This document shows, piece after piece, positions 1 through 10,668 of a stretch of 64,000 nt of DNA. The notes beneath the pieces are model-generated. The model did no database searches and was not told the origin of the DNA. It saw nothing but the letters and a program-made list of their open reading frames with translations. The stretch lies in contig CAWHKV010000007.1 in assembly GCA_963830175.1 (NCBI GenBank), positions 173,255 through 237,254 on the forward strand, read 5' to 3'. This DNA comes from an uncultured Bacteroidota bacterium. GTDB lineage: Bacteria > Bacteroidota > Bacteroidia > Chitinophagales > Chitinophagaceae. Positions within the stretch are counted from its first letter, which is position 1, and the number at the start of each line of letters is the position of its first letter. The translations under genes and the position numbers were made by a program.

Positions 1-97
1 TTGTTTGTCGTACAGGTAATTCCTGATAATAATTATTAAACCATAAATTAATGCAAAGGGAAAAAGAAGAAAACGGAAAGATCTCAAAAAGAAATTA

Positions 98-667
98 TCA
101 AAATTCATAAATGCCATCAGGAGTGATACAAAAAGTTAAAGGTACATCAAATGCATTGGCATCATCTATTTTATCTACGGGTTTAAAATAACTGAACCCC
201 ACCTTAATAAGGGATGAAGAACATTGCGAAAGATACTTATCGTAATAGCCCTTTCCAAACCCCACCCTGTTACCACGGTGGTCGCAAATAAGAAGGGGAA
301 CAAACGCCAGGTCTATTATGCCCGGTTCAACTACTTCACCTTCGGATGGTTCTGTTAATCCGTACGTGCTTTCCCTGAATATTGTTTGCTCATTAGTTTT
401 TACAGCGCTGAAATACCCTGTGGCAGAGTTTATTACCGGATAGGAAACAGTCAATGCCGGATACATATGCTGCAAATACCTGGTAAACAAATGGGTGTTG
501 GGTTCGGCTGTTGTTTCCATAGGCCAATACGACAGCAAATTTTCTACATTGCTAAATACCAAATTTTGAAATTGAATAAGAAGCAGATCGTTCTGTTTAA
601 TTTTGTCTTTTATAGACAGGTTGGCTCTTTGGTCCCTATAAATTTTTCTCAATTCGAATTTAGTCAT
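98..667 (-). CDS. 5-formyltetrahydrofolate cyclo-ligase
   Basis: 189-aa ORF. It has an N-terminal K..LRK.....R pattern and a C-terminal GFGKGYYDKYL motif typical of the MTHFS family. Its start overlaps the bioD stop by 8 nt. Confidence 0.8.
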   Translation of the reverse strand: MTKFELRKIYRDQRANLSIKDKIKQNDLLLIQFQNLVFSNVENLLSYWPMETTAEPNTHLFTRYLQHMYPALTVSYPVINSATGYFSAVKTNEQTIFRESTYGLTEPSEGEVVEPGIIDLAFVPLLICDHRGNRVGFGKGYYDKYLSQCSSSLIKVGFSYFKPVDKIDDANAFDVPLTFCITPDGIYEF

Positions 668-1295
668 ACAAACGGTTTAAGGTTTGTTGCAAACTTTGCG
701 CCTGTTGCTTTATAAAGGCTTTATCAATTACCTGTTTAAAAGGGATGGATGCCAATTTGCGGTAACCGCTCCATCTTACTATATCTTCTTCATAATTTAA
801 ATAACTACCCGTAAACACCCAGCCGGCCACTGGTATATTATATTGCCTGCAAGCTAAAGCCGTAAGTAAAGAGTGATTAATGCTACCCAATATATTTTGA
901 CTTACAAGAATGATTGGAATATTTAATTGTTTTACAAGATCAATAGAAAATTGATGGTCATTAATTGGGGCCATAATTCCTCCGGCACCTTCTATAATTA
1001 ACCTGTTATGGGAATGTTGTTTAAACTGTTCCAAAATCATTGGTATATCTACGGTTATTTGCTCTTCCGCAGCTGCAAGGTGCGGGCTGGCTGCCAGGTT
1101 AAGCCGGTAACATTCAGGTATAATGGTGGTAGTGCTGTTACTAACAAGTTCTTTCACCAGCATAGCATCTGTACTATGCAGGCTTCCTGCCTGTACAGGT
1201 TTCCAATAATTTGCATGCAACGCTTCAGTTACAATTGCAGACACAATTGTTTTTCCTATACCTGTTCCTGTACCTGAAATAAAAAATGATGTCAT
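660..1295 (-). CDS. bioD: dethiobiotin synthetase
   Basis: 211-aa ORF. The N-terminal P-loop ISGTGTGIGKT is followed by YWKPVQAG, and the size fits BioD. Confidence 0.85.
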   Translation of the reverse strand: MTSFFISGTGTGIGKTIVSAIVTEALHANYWKPVQAGSLHSTDAMLVKELVSNSTTTIIPECYRLNLAASPHLAAAEEQITVDIPMILEQFKQHSHNRLIIEGAGGIMAPINDHQFSIDLVKQLNIPIILVSQNILGSINHSLLTALACRQYNIPVAGWVFTGSYLNYEEDIVRWSGYRKLASIPFKQVIDKAFIKQQAQSLQQTLNRLYD

Positions 1296-1330
1296 GAATT
1301 TTTAAAATCAAATAAAATTTAGTGGAAAGT

Positions 1331-1864
1331 TTATGCAAAAAAACTGAAAACCGTAGTGCCATAATTCCGCTGAAAAGAAAAGCCATCATACTTTTCATAA
1401 TTATTTCTTGGAGTATGTTCTAAAACAAAAAAACCACCGTCTGCAATTAATTTTTGCTTTACAATAATTTCTGGTAATTGATCTATTTCTAAAAGCGCAT
1501 AAGGGGGACCGGCAAAAATAAAATCGAATTTTTCGGTACAATGCTTTAAAAATCCAAAAACATCTGTTCGCAATACCTTACAATTTTCGATACCAAGGGT
1601 TGTAATTGTTTCTTTAATAAAGCGGCTCATATTATTATCTCCTTCTATTATGGTTAGATCATTTGCGCCGCGGGATGCGAGTTCGTAAGTTATGCTGCCT
1701 GTACCTCCAAACAGGTCAAGGGTTTTGATGCCTTCGAAATTAATTTTATGCTGAAGAATATTAAACAACCCTTCTTTAGCTATATCGGTAGTTGGGCGGG
1801 TATATGGCATTTTTGCAGGAGGCTTTATTCTTCTTCCACCATATTTTCCTGAAATAACACGCAT
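1331..1864 (-). CDS. rsmD: 16S rRNA (guanine966-N2)-methyltransferase RsmD
   Basis: 177 aa. MRVISGKYGGRRI...RPTTD..KEGLFNIL at the N-terminus, the SAM-binding DLFGGTGS and FAGPPY are RsmD-family motifs. Confidence 0.85.
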   Translation of the reverse strand: MRVISGKYGGRRIKPPAKMPYTRPTTDIAKEGLFNILQHKINFEGIKTLDLFGGTGSITYELASRGANDLTIIEGDNNMSRFIKETITTLGIENCKVLRTDVFGFLKHCTEKFDFIFAGPPYALLEIDQLPEIIVKQKLIADGGFFVLEHTPRNNYEKYDGFSFQRNYGTTVFSFFA

Positions 1865-2712
1865 TACACCTGATATTTTGAGAAAGGAAGAAAGAAATGT
1901 AACGGGAACTCATGAAAAACTGTTTCATCAAACCTGCCCGGTGGTACTTCTTCAATCTTAAAGCCTAAAAAATATTTATGCAACATCTCGTACAAAGAAG
2001 ACTGTTTATCTAACATGCCGCAGGCTTCAATTTCGGTTTCTTGTACATTAAAACCATATTGTTTGCAAACATTCAAAAGGTAGTATAGCACATCATCCGG
2101 TGCCGCATATTTTCTTTTTTGAACCAGTTGCAACTTTTCTCCTTCACGAACTCCGATAATATAATGATCGGTGTATATCCATAACTTTATTTTGGAAACA
2201 TTTTCACTCGCCGTTTCCCTTTCAAGATCATTCACCATCATTAAAAATTCATGAACTTCTAAAGTTGGATTAAGAACATTGTTTACTGCATTATGCAATT
2301 GTTTTGGTATAGCACTTGCGATATGCAGGTTATCTAATTTTGACTGATGGTAAAAAAAAGGAGATGGCAAATTACCAAACAAAGTTTGCAGGCATGCCGT
2401 ATTAAACGACTCATTTGAAAATTCTGATGGCACACATATACATTCTTCGGTGTTGTAAATTACTGATAGTTTACCACCGCTTTTCACCAGTGCGGACTGG
2501 TCTTTTACATTTTTCAAAACCTCCTCATATTCTGCATCGTCTTTTATATTGAACTGAAAAAACTCGAAACTAATTATTGCCTTTTCGCCAGGCGCTTTTA
2601 CCCAAAAGGCACAATGACTTTTTCCGACCTCCGCAAACAAATCGCCATTCAATATATCCGCACCATATATAGAGAATGTTTTCCTAATCATATTCATTAT
2701 TAAGTTTTGCAA
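1864..2712 (-). CDS. conserved hypothetical protein (DUF3822-like, remembered as the usual neighbour of rsmD in Bacteroidota)
   Basis: 282-aa ORF with clean coding appearance. Its stop overlaps the rsmD start by 1 nt (TAATG). The family assignment is from memory only. Confidence 0.5.
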   Translation of the reverse strand: MQNLIMNMIRKTFSIYGADILNGDLFAEVGKSHCAFWVKAPGEKAIISFEFFQFNIKDDAEYEEVLKNVKDQSALVKSGGKLSVIYNTEECICVPSEFSNESFNTACLQTLFGNLPSPFFYHQSKLDNLHIASAIPKQLHNAVNNVLNPTLEVHEFLMMVNDLERETASENVSKIKLWIYTDHYIIGVREGEKLQLVQKRKYAAPDDVLYYLLNVCKQYGFNVQETEIEACGMLDKQSSLYEMLHKYFLGFKIEEVPPGRFDETVFHEFPLHFFLPFSKYQV

Positions 2713-2844
2713 TGATAGTATAATTAAAGCTTAATATAAATGTGCCTGCCTTCAATTTTAAACCGTATTTTTTGAAATACTTTCCATTTTTTATCATTCT
2801 CAATTATTGCATCCTGTAGTTTTGTTTTATAACAGCCTGGACGT

Positions 2845-4182
2845 ATGATTTTAAAAGTGGAAATAACCAACAGCCAAATTTTAAAGATCGCGCTGCCTAT
2901 TACTGCATCTATCCTGGTACCGCAGTTTAACTTTATAATCAATAATATTTTTTTAGGGCACCTGGGTGAGCAACCCCTCGCTGTTGCAGGAATTACGGGT
3001 GTTTATTACTTGATTTTTGGGGTTATGGGTTTCGGTCTCAGCAATGGATTACAGGCACTAATGGCCCGCAGGGCGGGGGAAAACCGGCCGGAAGAAATTG
3101 GAAAACTTTTTGCCCATGCACTGCGCATAGCCATATTTTTTGCGTTGCTGGGTATTGTTTCGACTTACTTTATTGCGCCCAAACTTTTTAGTGTAACCCT
3201 TCATAACCCCGAACATATAAACCTGGCAGTAAATTATTTGCACATAAGAATAGTCGGTATTATGTTTTTGTACCTGTACCAGATGCAAAATGCTGTTCTT
3301 ATAAGCACCAACCAAAGCAAGTTGCTGATAATAGGTACACTGGTCGAAACCATTGCGAATATTATACTTGATTATGGATTGATTTTCGGAAATCTCGGGT
3401 TACCAAAAATGGGATTTAATGGCGCTGCTGTTGCATCGGTATCTGCCGAATTTATTGGAATGATCACTGTTTTTGCAGTTATACATTATAAACACATTGC
3501 AAAAAGGCTCGAGTTATTTAAAGATTTTGCGCATAATGCAAAATATACATGGTTAATATTGAACCAGTCATCGCCTTTAATCTTACAGTTAGGACTAAGT
3601 GTTGCTACCTGGGAGTTTTTTTATATTTTGATTGAACACCATGGTGAAAGAGCCCTTGCCATTTCGAATATTATGCGCAATATTTTTGGTTTATTTGGCT
3701 GCGTAACTTGGGCATTCGCATCTACAACAAATTCTATGGTCAGTAATATTATTGGCCAGGGACTGGAGCACAGGGTGATGGAACTTATTCGAAAAATCAT
3801 TATTTTAAGTCTTTCTTTCTCTATTGTAATATCAATACTTCTAAATATTTCGCCGGGGTTTTTACTTAGCGCCTATGGGCAGGATGCGCAGTTTATTGCT
3901 GAAGCGATACCGGTAATTCGCATTATCTCCATAGCACTTTTAATGCAATCAATATCAACCGTGTTTTTGAATGCCGTGGTTGGCACAGGTAACAGTAAAA
4001 TGAATTTACTCACAGAATTATTCACCATCACGGTGTACATTATTTATGTGTATATAACGCTCGAGCACCTTTTTCTTTCTATTGAATGGGGTTGGGTAAG
4101 TGAATGGTTGTATTGGATATGTTTATTTATTCCTTCTTACTGGTACATGCGTAGTGGAAGGTGGAAGGGTAAAATTATTTAG
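2845..4182 (+). CDS. MATE family efflux transporter
   Basis: 445 aa and polytopic, about 12 hydrophobic segments. The N-terminal ILKIALPITASILVPQFNFIINNIFLGHLG is typical of MATE/NorM proteins. Confidence 0.8.
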   Translation: MILKVEITNSQILKIALPITASILVPQFNFIINNIFLGHLGEQPLAVAGITGVYYLIFGVMGFGLSNGLQALMARRAGENRPEEIGKLFAHALRIAIFFALLGIVSTYFIAPKLFSVTLHNPEHINLAVNYLHIRIVGIMFLYLYQMQNAVLISTNQSKLLIIGTLVETIANIILDYGLIFGNLGLPKMGFNGAAVASVSAEFIGMITVFAVIHYKHIAKRLELFKDFAHNAKYTWLILNQSSPLILQLGLSVATWEFFYILIEHHGERALAISNIMRNIFGLFGCVTWAFASTTNSMVSNIIGQGLEHRVMELIRKIIILSLSFSIVISILLNISPGFLLSAYGQDAQFIAEAIPVIRIISIALLMQSISTVFLNAVVGTGNSKMNLLTELFTITVYIIYVYITLEHLFLSIEWGWVSEWLYWICLFIPSYWYMRSGRWKGKII

Positions 4183-4253
4183 TATAATTATTTGCGTTTA
4201 CTTAACCCAAAAGAAATTTAAATTGCATCACTCATAAACATATAAAAATTTAC

Positions 4254-5342
4254 ATGCGGGCATTACCATTATTACTATTATTCATTCCTTTTTTTTCATT
4301 TGCACAAAATAAACAAACCGGGTTTGTTATTGAAGGAAAAATCAATACTATACCAGACAATACTGAAATTTTTCTTTTAGATTTTAATGGCAAAGACACG
4401 CTTGCTAAAACAAAATCTAAAAACAATAGCTTCTTACTAAAAGGCAAGGTAGAAAATACTGATGCGCGCATATTACTTTTCCCGGAAATGCAACGACGCA
4501 TGATATTATTTGCAGGAAATGATGAGATACAAATTACAGGCAACCAGGATTTTTCAGATGTTTCTGTTACAGGATCGGCCGCCAATTACGACTATGAAGA
4601 ATTCATGTATGATATTAAGCCCTTAAACGATTTTGTAGAATTTTACCGGCAGCAAATGCAATCTGCTGAAAGTACAGAACAGCATGATTCTATTTCCATA
4701 ATGCTAAATACATCTTACAATATTTACCAGAACAGCATTGACCGTTTTTTGGCAAGAAAAAGCAATTCACCTGTTGCTGCTTTGGTTCTTGCCTACAACT
4801 ACGATACAGATCCTAACAAAGACGTTTTGTTGTTAGAACGAAGATTAAACCAATTAAAACCTGATGCATTACAAAGTAATTTTGCTAAAAACTTAAAACA
4901 AGTTGTTGAGAAAGATAAAATTGGGGCTGTTGGCACTGAGGCTCCAAACTTCACGCAAGCTGATACTTCCGGAAAAAATGTAAGTCTTTCACAATTCAAA
5001 GGAAAATATGTTTTAATAGATTTTTGGGCAAGCTGGTGCAAACCCTGCCGAATTCAAAATCCCGAAATTGTTGCAGCTTATAAAAAATTTAAGGATAAAA
5101 ATTTTACAATAATTGGTGTATCGCTTGATAAGGATAAAGAAAAATGGTTACAGGCAATTAAAGCTGATGAACTTACCTGGACACAGGTAAGCGACCTGCA
5201 ATTCTGGAGCAATGAGGTTGCCTTGTTGTATAACGTTCATGAAATTCCGCAGAATATATTAATAGACCCAACCGGAAAAGTAGTGGCCCGCCGCCTGGCT
5301 GGTGAGCAATTGAATGATAAACTGGAAGAATTACTTAACTAA
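4254..5342 (+). CDS. TlpA-family thiol-disulfide oxidoreductase (thioredoxin fold) with N-terminal DUF4369-like domain
   Basis: Signal peptide MRALPLLLLFIPFFSFAQ and the active site FWASWCKPCR (CxxC) in a C-terminal AhpC/TSA-Redoxin domain. Confidence 0.85.
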   Translation: MRALPLLLLFIPFFSFAQNKQTGFVIEGKINTIPDNTEIFLLDFNGKDTLAKTKSKNNSFLLKGKVENTDARILLFPEMQRRMILFAGNDEIQITGNQDFSDVSVTGSAANYDYEEFMYDIKPLNDFVEFYRQQMQSAESTEQHDSISIMLNTSYNIYQNSIDRFLARKSNSPVAALVLAYNYDTDPNKDVLLLERRLNQLKPDALQSNFAKNLKQVVEKDKIGAVGTEAPNFTQADTSGKNVSLSQFKGKYVLIDFWASWCKPCRIQNPEIVAAYKKFKDKNFTIIGVSLDKDKEKWLQAIKADELTWTQVSDLQFWSNEVALLYNVHEIPQNILIDPTGKVVARRLAGEQLNDKLEELLN

Positions 5343-5383
5343 GCTTCCCAACTAATTTATAAATAGCAGTATGGATTGTAATA

Positions 5384-6643
5384 TTGCTGATGCAAGTGCT
5401 TGTAAGTAATATTCACTATTTAATCAATGTAAGAAATGAAACTGTGTTGTTACGGGGCGAACAACTTTCACACCTTCCTGTCTTAAACAATGCCTGGTTA
5501 TTACTAGAGAATGGTTTAATTAGTGATTATGATTCTTATGAAAACCGGACTCCGCCAAACACTGACAGCAACACTTGCCAAACTATTGATGCCGAAGGAA
5601 GTTCGGTGATGCCATGCTGGTGCGACAGCCATACGCATCTTGTTTTTGCTGCCTCACGCGAAGAAGAATTTGTTTATAAAATACAAGGGTTAACCTATGC
5701 AGAAATTGCAGCCAAAGGTGGCGGCATTTTAAATTCTGCAAGCAAGCTTGCACAAATGCCAGAAGAGCAATTGTACGAATTAGCCGAAAGGAGATTAAAA
5801 GAATTAATACTGCTTGGCACAGGTGCCATAGAAATAAAAAGTGGTTATGGACTTACGGTAGAAGGAGAAATAAAAATGCTGAGGGTTATAAAACAACTAA
5901 AAGCAAATTTTCCTGTTCCTATTAAAGCCACTTTTCTTGGTGCACACACTTATCCATTAGCTTATAAAGAAAACCATGCAGGTTATATAGATGAAATTAT
6001 TTCTACAATGTTGCCTGTTATTGCTAAAGAAAATCTTGCAGATTATATAGATGTTTTTTGCGAGAAGGGCTTTTTTTCTGCAGAAGAAACCAAAATTCTT
6101 TGTGAGGCAGGCATGCAGTATGGCTTAAAAGCAAAACTTCATGTTAACCAATTAAACAGTATTGGCGGCATAGAAACGGGTATAAAGGCAGGAGCATTGT
6201 CTTTAGACCACCTGGAAACATTGAGTGATGATGAAATAATTAAGTTATCCAATTCTGGAACTATTGCCACGCTATTACCAACTGCCGCTTTCTTTCTTCG
6301 TATGCCTTACCAGCGTGCACGCCATTTAATTGATGCAGGTGCAGCAGTAGCAATTGCATCAGATTATAACCCAGGTTCTTCTCCTTCAGGCAATATGAAT
6401 TTTGTTGTCTCACTCAGTTGTATTCAAATGAAAATGTTGCCGGCAGAAGCCATAAACGCAGCCACCATCAATGGCGCTTTTGCCATGGATGCACAACAAC
6501 TTGCCGGAAGTATTTCAAAAGGAAAAGCTGCTAATCTTATATTTACCAAACCAATTCCTTCAGTTGAATATATTCCTTATTCATTCGGAGAAAATTTAAT
6601 AAAAAGGGTAATGATAAACGGCTCATTTTATAAAGGCAATTAA
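5384..6643 (+). CDS. hutI: imidazolonepropionase
   Basis: 419 aa amidohydrolase fold. It has the metal-binding motif CDSHTHLVFAASREEEF and DYNPGSSP near the C-terminus. The true start may be the ATG at 5390. Confidence 0.85.
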   Translation: MLMQVLVSNIHYLINVRNETVLLRGEQLSHLPVLNNAWLLLENGLISDYDSYENRTPPNTDSNTCQTIDAEGSSVMPCWCDSHTHLVFAASREEEFVYKIQGLTYAEIAAKGGGILNSASKLAQMPEEQLYELAERRLKELILLGTGAIEIKSGYGLTVEGEIKMLRVIKQLKANFPVPIKATFLGAHTYPLAYKENHAGYIDEIISTMLPVIAKENLADYIDVFCEKGFFSAEETKILCEAGMQYGLKAKLHVNQLNSIGGIETGIKAGALSLDHLETLSDDEIIKLSNSGTIATLLPTAAFFLRMPYQRARHLIDAGAAVAIASDYNPGSSPSGNMNFVVSLSCIQMKMLPAEAINAATINGAFAMDAQQLAGSISKGKAANLIFTKPIPSVEYIPYSFGENLIKRVMINGSFYKGN

Positions 6644-6688
6644 CCAGGCAGGGTAAAGCGCACCTCATAATTTAATCTACATTAAAAA

Positions 6689-7742
6689 ATGAAAAATCTT
6701 AAGGTCTATAATAAGCAAGACATACTTTCTCTTACACACGTTAGAAAGTTTGAAACAAAAATCGGCGAGCGGGCAGAAGTTTTGGAGTCAAATATTTCAT
6801 TAGAACAGGGTTTGTTGCAATCCACAGCCAGGTATATGTTAATAGGTGTGCCAGAAGATATTGGTATTAAAGCAAATTATGGTACTGGTGGTGCAGACAC
6901 AGCCTGGGTTCCGTTTTTAAAATCATTTCTCAATATACAAAGCAATGATTTTTTCCCGGGGGATGATATACTTGTATTAGGGCATCTTGATTTTAGTGAT
7001 GTGGAAGACCTGATAGAAAAAAATGCTTACAATAGCGATGAGAAAATAGCTGCATACAGGCATGCAGTAAATGCCATAGACGACGCAGTAGAAAACATAG
7101 TAAAACTCGCCACTGAAAACGGAATGATACCCATTGTTATTGGTGGCGGACACAACAATGCTTATGGTTGTATTAAAGGTGCTGCTAAAGGATTATATAA
7201 GGATGGAAAAATTCCTATTGCGCAAATCAATGCTATTAATTTAGATGCACATACCGATTATCGGCCTGCGGAAGGCCGGCATAGTGGTAATGCTTTTCGG
7301 TATGCAGAAGATGATGGATACCTGGAGAAATATTGTGTGATTGGCATACATGAGAATTATATACCTCAAAATGTTTTGATGGATATTGATGAAAATCCTT
7401 TTATAAATGTGATTACGTACGAAGATATTTTTTTGCATGAGAAGAAAAATTTTACCCAGGCTGTTGCTCATGCAACAGGTTATACTGAAGGTACTTTTTG
7501 TGGAATTGAATTAGACATAGATTGCATTGAACATGCATTGGCAAGTGCATCTACGCCCATCGGGTTTATCGGTTTTGCATGCCCGGCAATTTATTACATT
7601 TACTGCAACTGACAGTAAACCTGCATACCTGCACATTTGCGAAAGTGCTGCAGAATTGAAAGATGGAAGAAAGAATGAGAACAGCGGAAAATTAATCAGT
7701 TACCTGGTGAGTGATTTTATAAAGGCAGTAAATGAACGATAA
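6689..7742 (+). pseudogene. hutG: formimidoylglutamase / arginase-family hydrolase, reading frame broken by a 1-nt indel
   Basis: ORF 6689..7612 carries arginase-family motifs (GGGHNNAYG, LDAHTDYRP, ELDIDCIE). The expected continuation P-SGLSVLHARQF...AYLHICE is in the +1 frame (ORF 7527..7742). The frames join at ACG CCC ATC (7553..7561). Confidence 0.75.
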
Positions 7743-7744
7743 TT

Positions 7745-9736
7745 TTATTCCGCATTTTCCAACTGCATAATTTTTTCAAATAGCGATTCATATTCAACGG
7801 TAATAGCTTTAATTTTTTGCTTTACCGCACTGTAGTCTGTTTCTGTTTGCACAAACTTTCCTTTATCGGAATAAGTAGATGAATCTGCCAAAGCTTTTTC
7901 TAATTGTTGCTGTTGTTTGTTTAAAACTGACAAATCTTCTTCAGCCTTTGCAAATAATTTTTGAAGCCGTTGAAGCTCCCGCTGTTGCTGCCTGTTTTGC
8001 TGATTTACCTGTACACTGTCTTTAATTTCTGCAGGTTGAATTACAGCTTCTTTTATTTCGCTGGTTTTAGCGGCGGCAACATTCTTGTCCTTTTTAAATA
8101 CTATTTTTTGATTATCATTATTATTGGCTAAGAAATTTTTCTGGCGCTCTTTCCATTCCATGTACTCGGTATATCCGCCCTTGAATTCTTTGATCTTATT
8201 ATCAACGATCTCCCAAATTTTATTGGCAGTTTTAGAAATAAAATACCTGTCGTGGCTTACCAGTATAAATGTGCCTTCGTATTTATTTAATGCTTCAATA
8301 AGTAATTCAACGCTATGAATATCCAGGTGGTTGGTAGGCTCATCCAACAATAAAAAATTTGCTTTGCTTATGATTACTTTGGCAAGAGCTACTCGCGCTT
8401 TTTCACCACCGCTTAAAACCTTTAATTTTTTATCTGCATCATCACCGCTAAACAAAAAACAACCTAGTAATGTTCTAAGCTCCAGATCGTTTTTACCGCT
8501 TCGGCATGTTTGCAATTCTTCTAATAAATTATTTGAAAGCGTTAAAGCTTCTAACTGGTGCTGGGCATAAAAACTTTCATCTATATTATGACCTCTCTCC
8601 TTTTCTCCTTCAAATTTTTCGGTGCCGGCAATAATCCTTAACAAGGTTGATTTTCCTTTTCCATTAGCACCAATCAGGGCAATTTTATCGCCTCTTTCAA
8701 TTTCGGCATCCGCGTTATCAAGTATCACATGTTCACCAAAGTTTTTTGAAACATTTTTTAAACTGATCAATACTTTGCCTGGTTGTTTATCAATCCTGAA
8801 ATTTATTTTTAGATTCGGTCTTTCAATTTCAACCTGTTCAATCCTGTCAATTCTATCTAATTTTTTCATGGCGCTTTGTGCAGCTGCAGCTTTACTTGCC
8901 TTAGCTTTAAAACGCTCAATAAATCTTTCCTGCTGCCTTATGTAATCCTGTTGGTTCTCATATGCTTTTTGCATAAGTTCAACTCTTACAACCTTCTCCT
9001 GTTCATAATAATCATAATTGCCTGTATAAAAATGTAATTGTTGCTGATACAGTTCTACTATTTTAGTAACCATGCGGTTAAGAAAAAATTTGTCGTGGCT
9101 AACAATTACCACGCTTCCTTTATAATGCAACAAGTATTTTTCTAACCATTCTATTGAGGGAAGATCCAGGTGATTTGTAGGCTCATCAAGCAACAAAATA
9201 TCCGGCTGCTGAAGTATCATTTTAGCAAGCAAAACGCGCATACGCCAACCTCCGCTAAATTGCTTATAAGGCTTTGCAATTTCTTCATTAGAAAACCCCA
9301 GACCATGCAATACTTCTTCAGTTTTGTAATGAATAGTGTACCCGCCTAACAATTCTAATTCGTGCAGTTTATGGGAATAATCATCCAGTAATTTTTCATC
9401 TGTATTATCTTCTAAATATTTGCCTAAGGCTTCGATCTCAGCTTCAAGCTTTTTCACTTCTGCAAAAGCTTCCATGGCAACTTCCAGAATGCTACTTTCT
9501 GTATCAAAACTTAGTAGGTCCTGGTGAAGAAATCCAATAGAAACATCCCGGGCACGCTCAACGGTTCCCTCGGTGGCCTGGTAATCGTTTGTAAGTAATT
9601 TAAGTAAAGTTGATTTGCCGGTTCCATTGTAACCGATCAGTCCAATTCGTTCGCCGGGCTGTATATGCCATGTCGCATCTTTTACGATTGTTCTTGCACC
9701 AAAGTCGAATGTTACATTATTGAAACCAGCCAGCAT
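7745..9736 (-). CDS. ABC-F family ATPase (tandem ABC domains, C-terminal coiled-coil extension)
   Basis: 663 aa. There are two Walker A sites (GYNGTGKST, GANGKGKST), two LSGG signature motifs (FSGGWRMR, LSGGEKAR) and no TM domain. The C-terminus is Q/E/K-rich. Confidence 0.9.
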   Translation of the reverse strand: MLAGFNNVTFDFGARTIVKDATWHIQPGERIGLIGYNGTGKSTLLKLLTNDYQATEGTVERARDVSIGFLHQDLLSFDTESSILEVAMEAFAEVKKLEAEIEALGKYLEDNTDEKLLDDYSHKLHELELLGGYTIHYKTEEVLHGLGFSNEEIAKPYKQFSGGWRMRVLLAKMILQQPDILLLDEPTNHLDLPSIEWLEKYLLHYKGSVVIVSHDKFFLNRMVTKIVELYQQQLHFYTGNYDYYEQEKVVRVELMQKAYENQQDYIRQQERFIERFKAKASKAAAAQSAMKKLDRIDRIEQVEIERPNLKINFRIDKQPGKVLISLKNVSKNFGEHVILDNADAEIERGDKIALIGANGKGKSTLLRIIAGTEKFEGEKERGHNIDESFYAQHQLEALTLSNNLLEELQTCRSGKNDLELRTLLGCFLFSGDDADKKLKVLSGGEKARVALAKVIISKANFLLLDEPTNHLDIHSVELLIEALNKYEGTFILVSHDRYFISKTANKIWEIVDNKIKEFKGGYTEYMEWKERQKNFLANNNDNQKIVFKKDKNVAAAKTSEIKEAVIQPAEIKDSVQVNQQNRQQQRELQRLQKLFAKAEEDLSVLNKQQQQLEKALADSSTYSDKGKFVQTETDYSAVKQKIKAITVEYESLFEKIMQLENAE

Positions 9737-9837
9737 AATAAAAATTTACAGGTTGCAAAACTAAGGTCAAAACCAACGTAACCCTACGGTAAGACTACAG
9801 TTGTAGGTGCGGACCCTGTTAAATTCTTATTCAAAAC

Positions 9838-10542
9838 TTATTGCTGAGCCTGGGTATTACCGAATACTTTCTTTAAAAGATCGGTAACACGGGCAGCGGG
9901 ATCTTGCCTTATTTTTTGTTCTTCTAAACTCACCTGGTAAAAAATACCGTCAATAGCTCGGTTGGTAACGAAGGCAGCCAGGTCGGTTTCTACCGGGTTA
10001 GTAGAAAATTGATTGTATACTTTAAATACATCATTCCAATATTTTGTAGCATCTACTTTATCGAGAGCGGTTTTAATAACGGGACTAAAAGCAGCGGTAA
10101 GCGCAATCGTTGTTTTATCCTTAAAGTAATTTGTTGCAGCAAAGTCACCGCCTTTTAAAATGCCAAGGGCATCAGTAATTGACATTTGCTTAATGGCATT
10201 AACAAATATAGGTGTAGCTGATTTAGCTGCATCTTCAGCAGCACGATTCATACTTAAAACTGCTTTATCTACCACGCTGCCAAAACCCACGCTACGTAAG
10301 GTGCTTTCAACCTTTTGTGCCTCAGGTGGCATTAAAATTTTTATTGCTGCATTGGCAAAATAGCCGTCAATAGCAGATAATGATGAAGTGCTGTTTTTGG
10401 TTCCTATAGTTAAAGCTTGCTTTAATCCATTTGTAATTTCCTGTTCAGATAAAGAACCATAAGGATAAGTTTCTAATACCTGTTGAACAGTTTCGCAGGA
10501 TGTTGCCCCGATAAAAAACAAACACACCAATATTTTTTTCAT
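9838..10542 (-). CDS. DUF4197-like secreted/lipoprotein
   Basis: 234 aa with a signal peptide plus Cys (FFIGATSC). The family assignment is from memory of DUF4197 sequences (LSEQEI..GLKQAL..G). Confidence 0.55.
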   Translation of the reverse strand: MKKILVCLFFIGATSCETVQQVLETYPYGSLSEQEITNGLKQALTIGTKNSTSSLSAIDGYFANAAIKILMPPEAQKVESTLRSVGFGSVVDKAVLSMNRAAEDAAKSATPIFVNAIKQMSITDALGILKGGDFAATNYFKDKTTIALTAAFSPVIKTALDKVDATKYWNDVFKVYNQFSTNPVETDLAAFVTNRAIDGIFYQVSLEEQKIRQDPAARVTDLLKKVFGNTQAQQ

Positions 10543-10668
10543 GATTTCATTTTTAAAAATATCCAGAATATAATCTATTTCTTACTTAAGCAATTATAGT
10601 ACCGTAGAAATTTGATCGTAATAAATCTATTACCAATATTTTAATTTTCATCATTTTACATTTGCAGC

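Noticed and set aside
1-97. Possible 5' end of a minus-strand gene at the window edge.
   Set aside because: No in-frame canonical start codon is followed by an open frame reaching position 1, so there is too little sequence to call.
2724-2942. 72-aa minus-strand ORF upstream of the MATE gene.
   Set aside because: It overlaps the MATE start and the promoter region, has no recognisable features, and has an AT-rich low-complexity translation.
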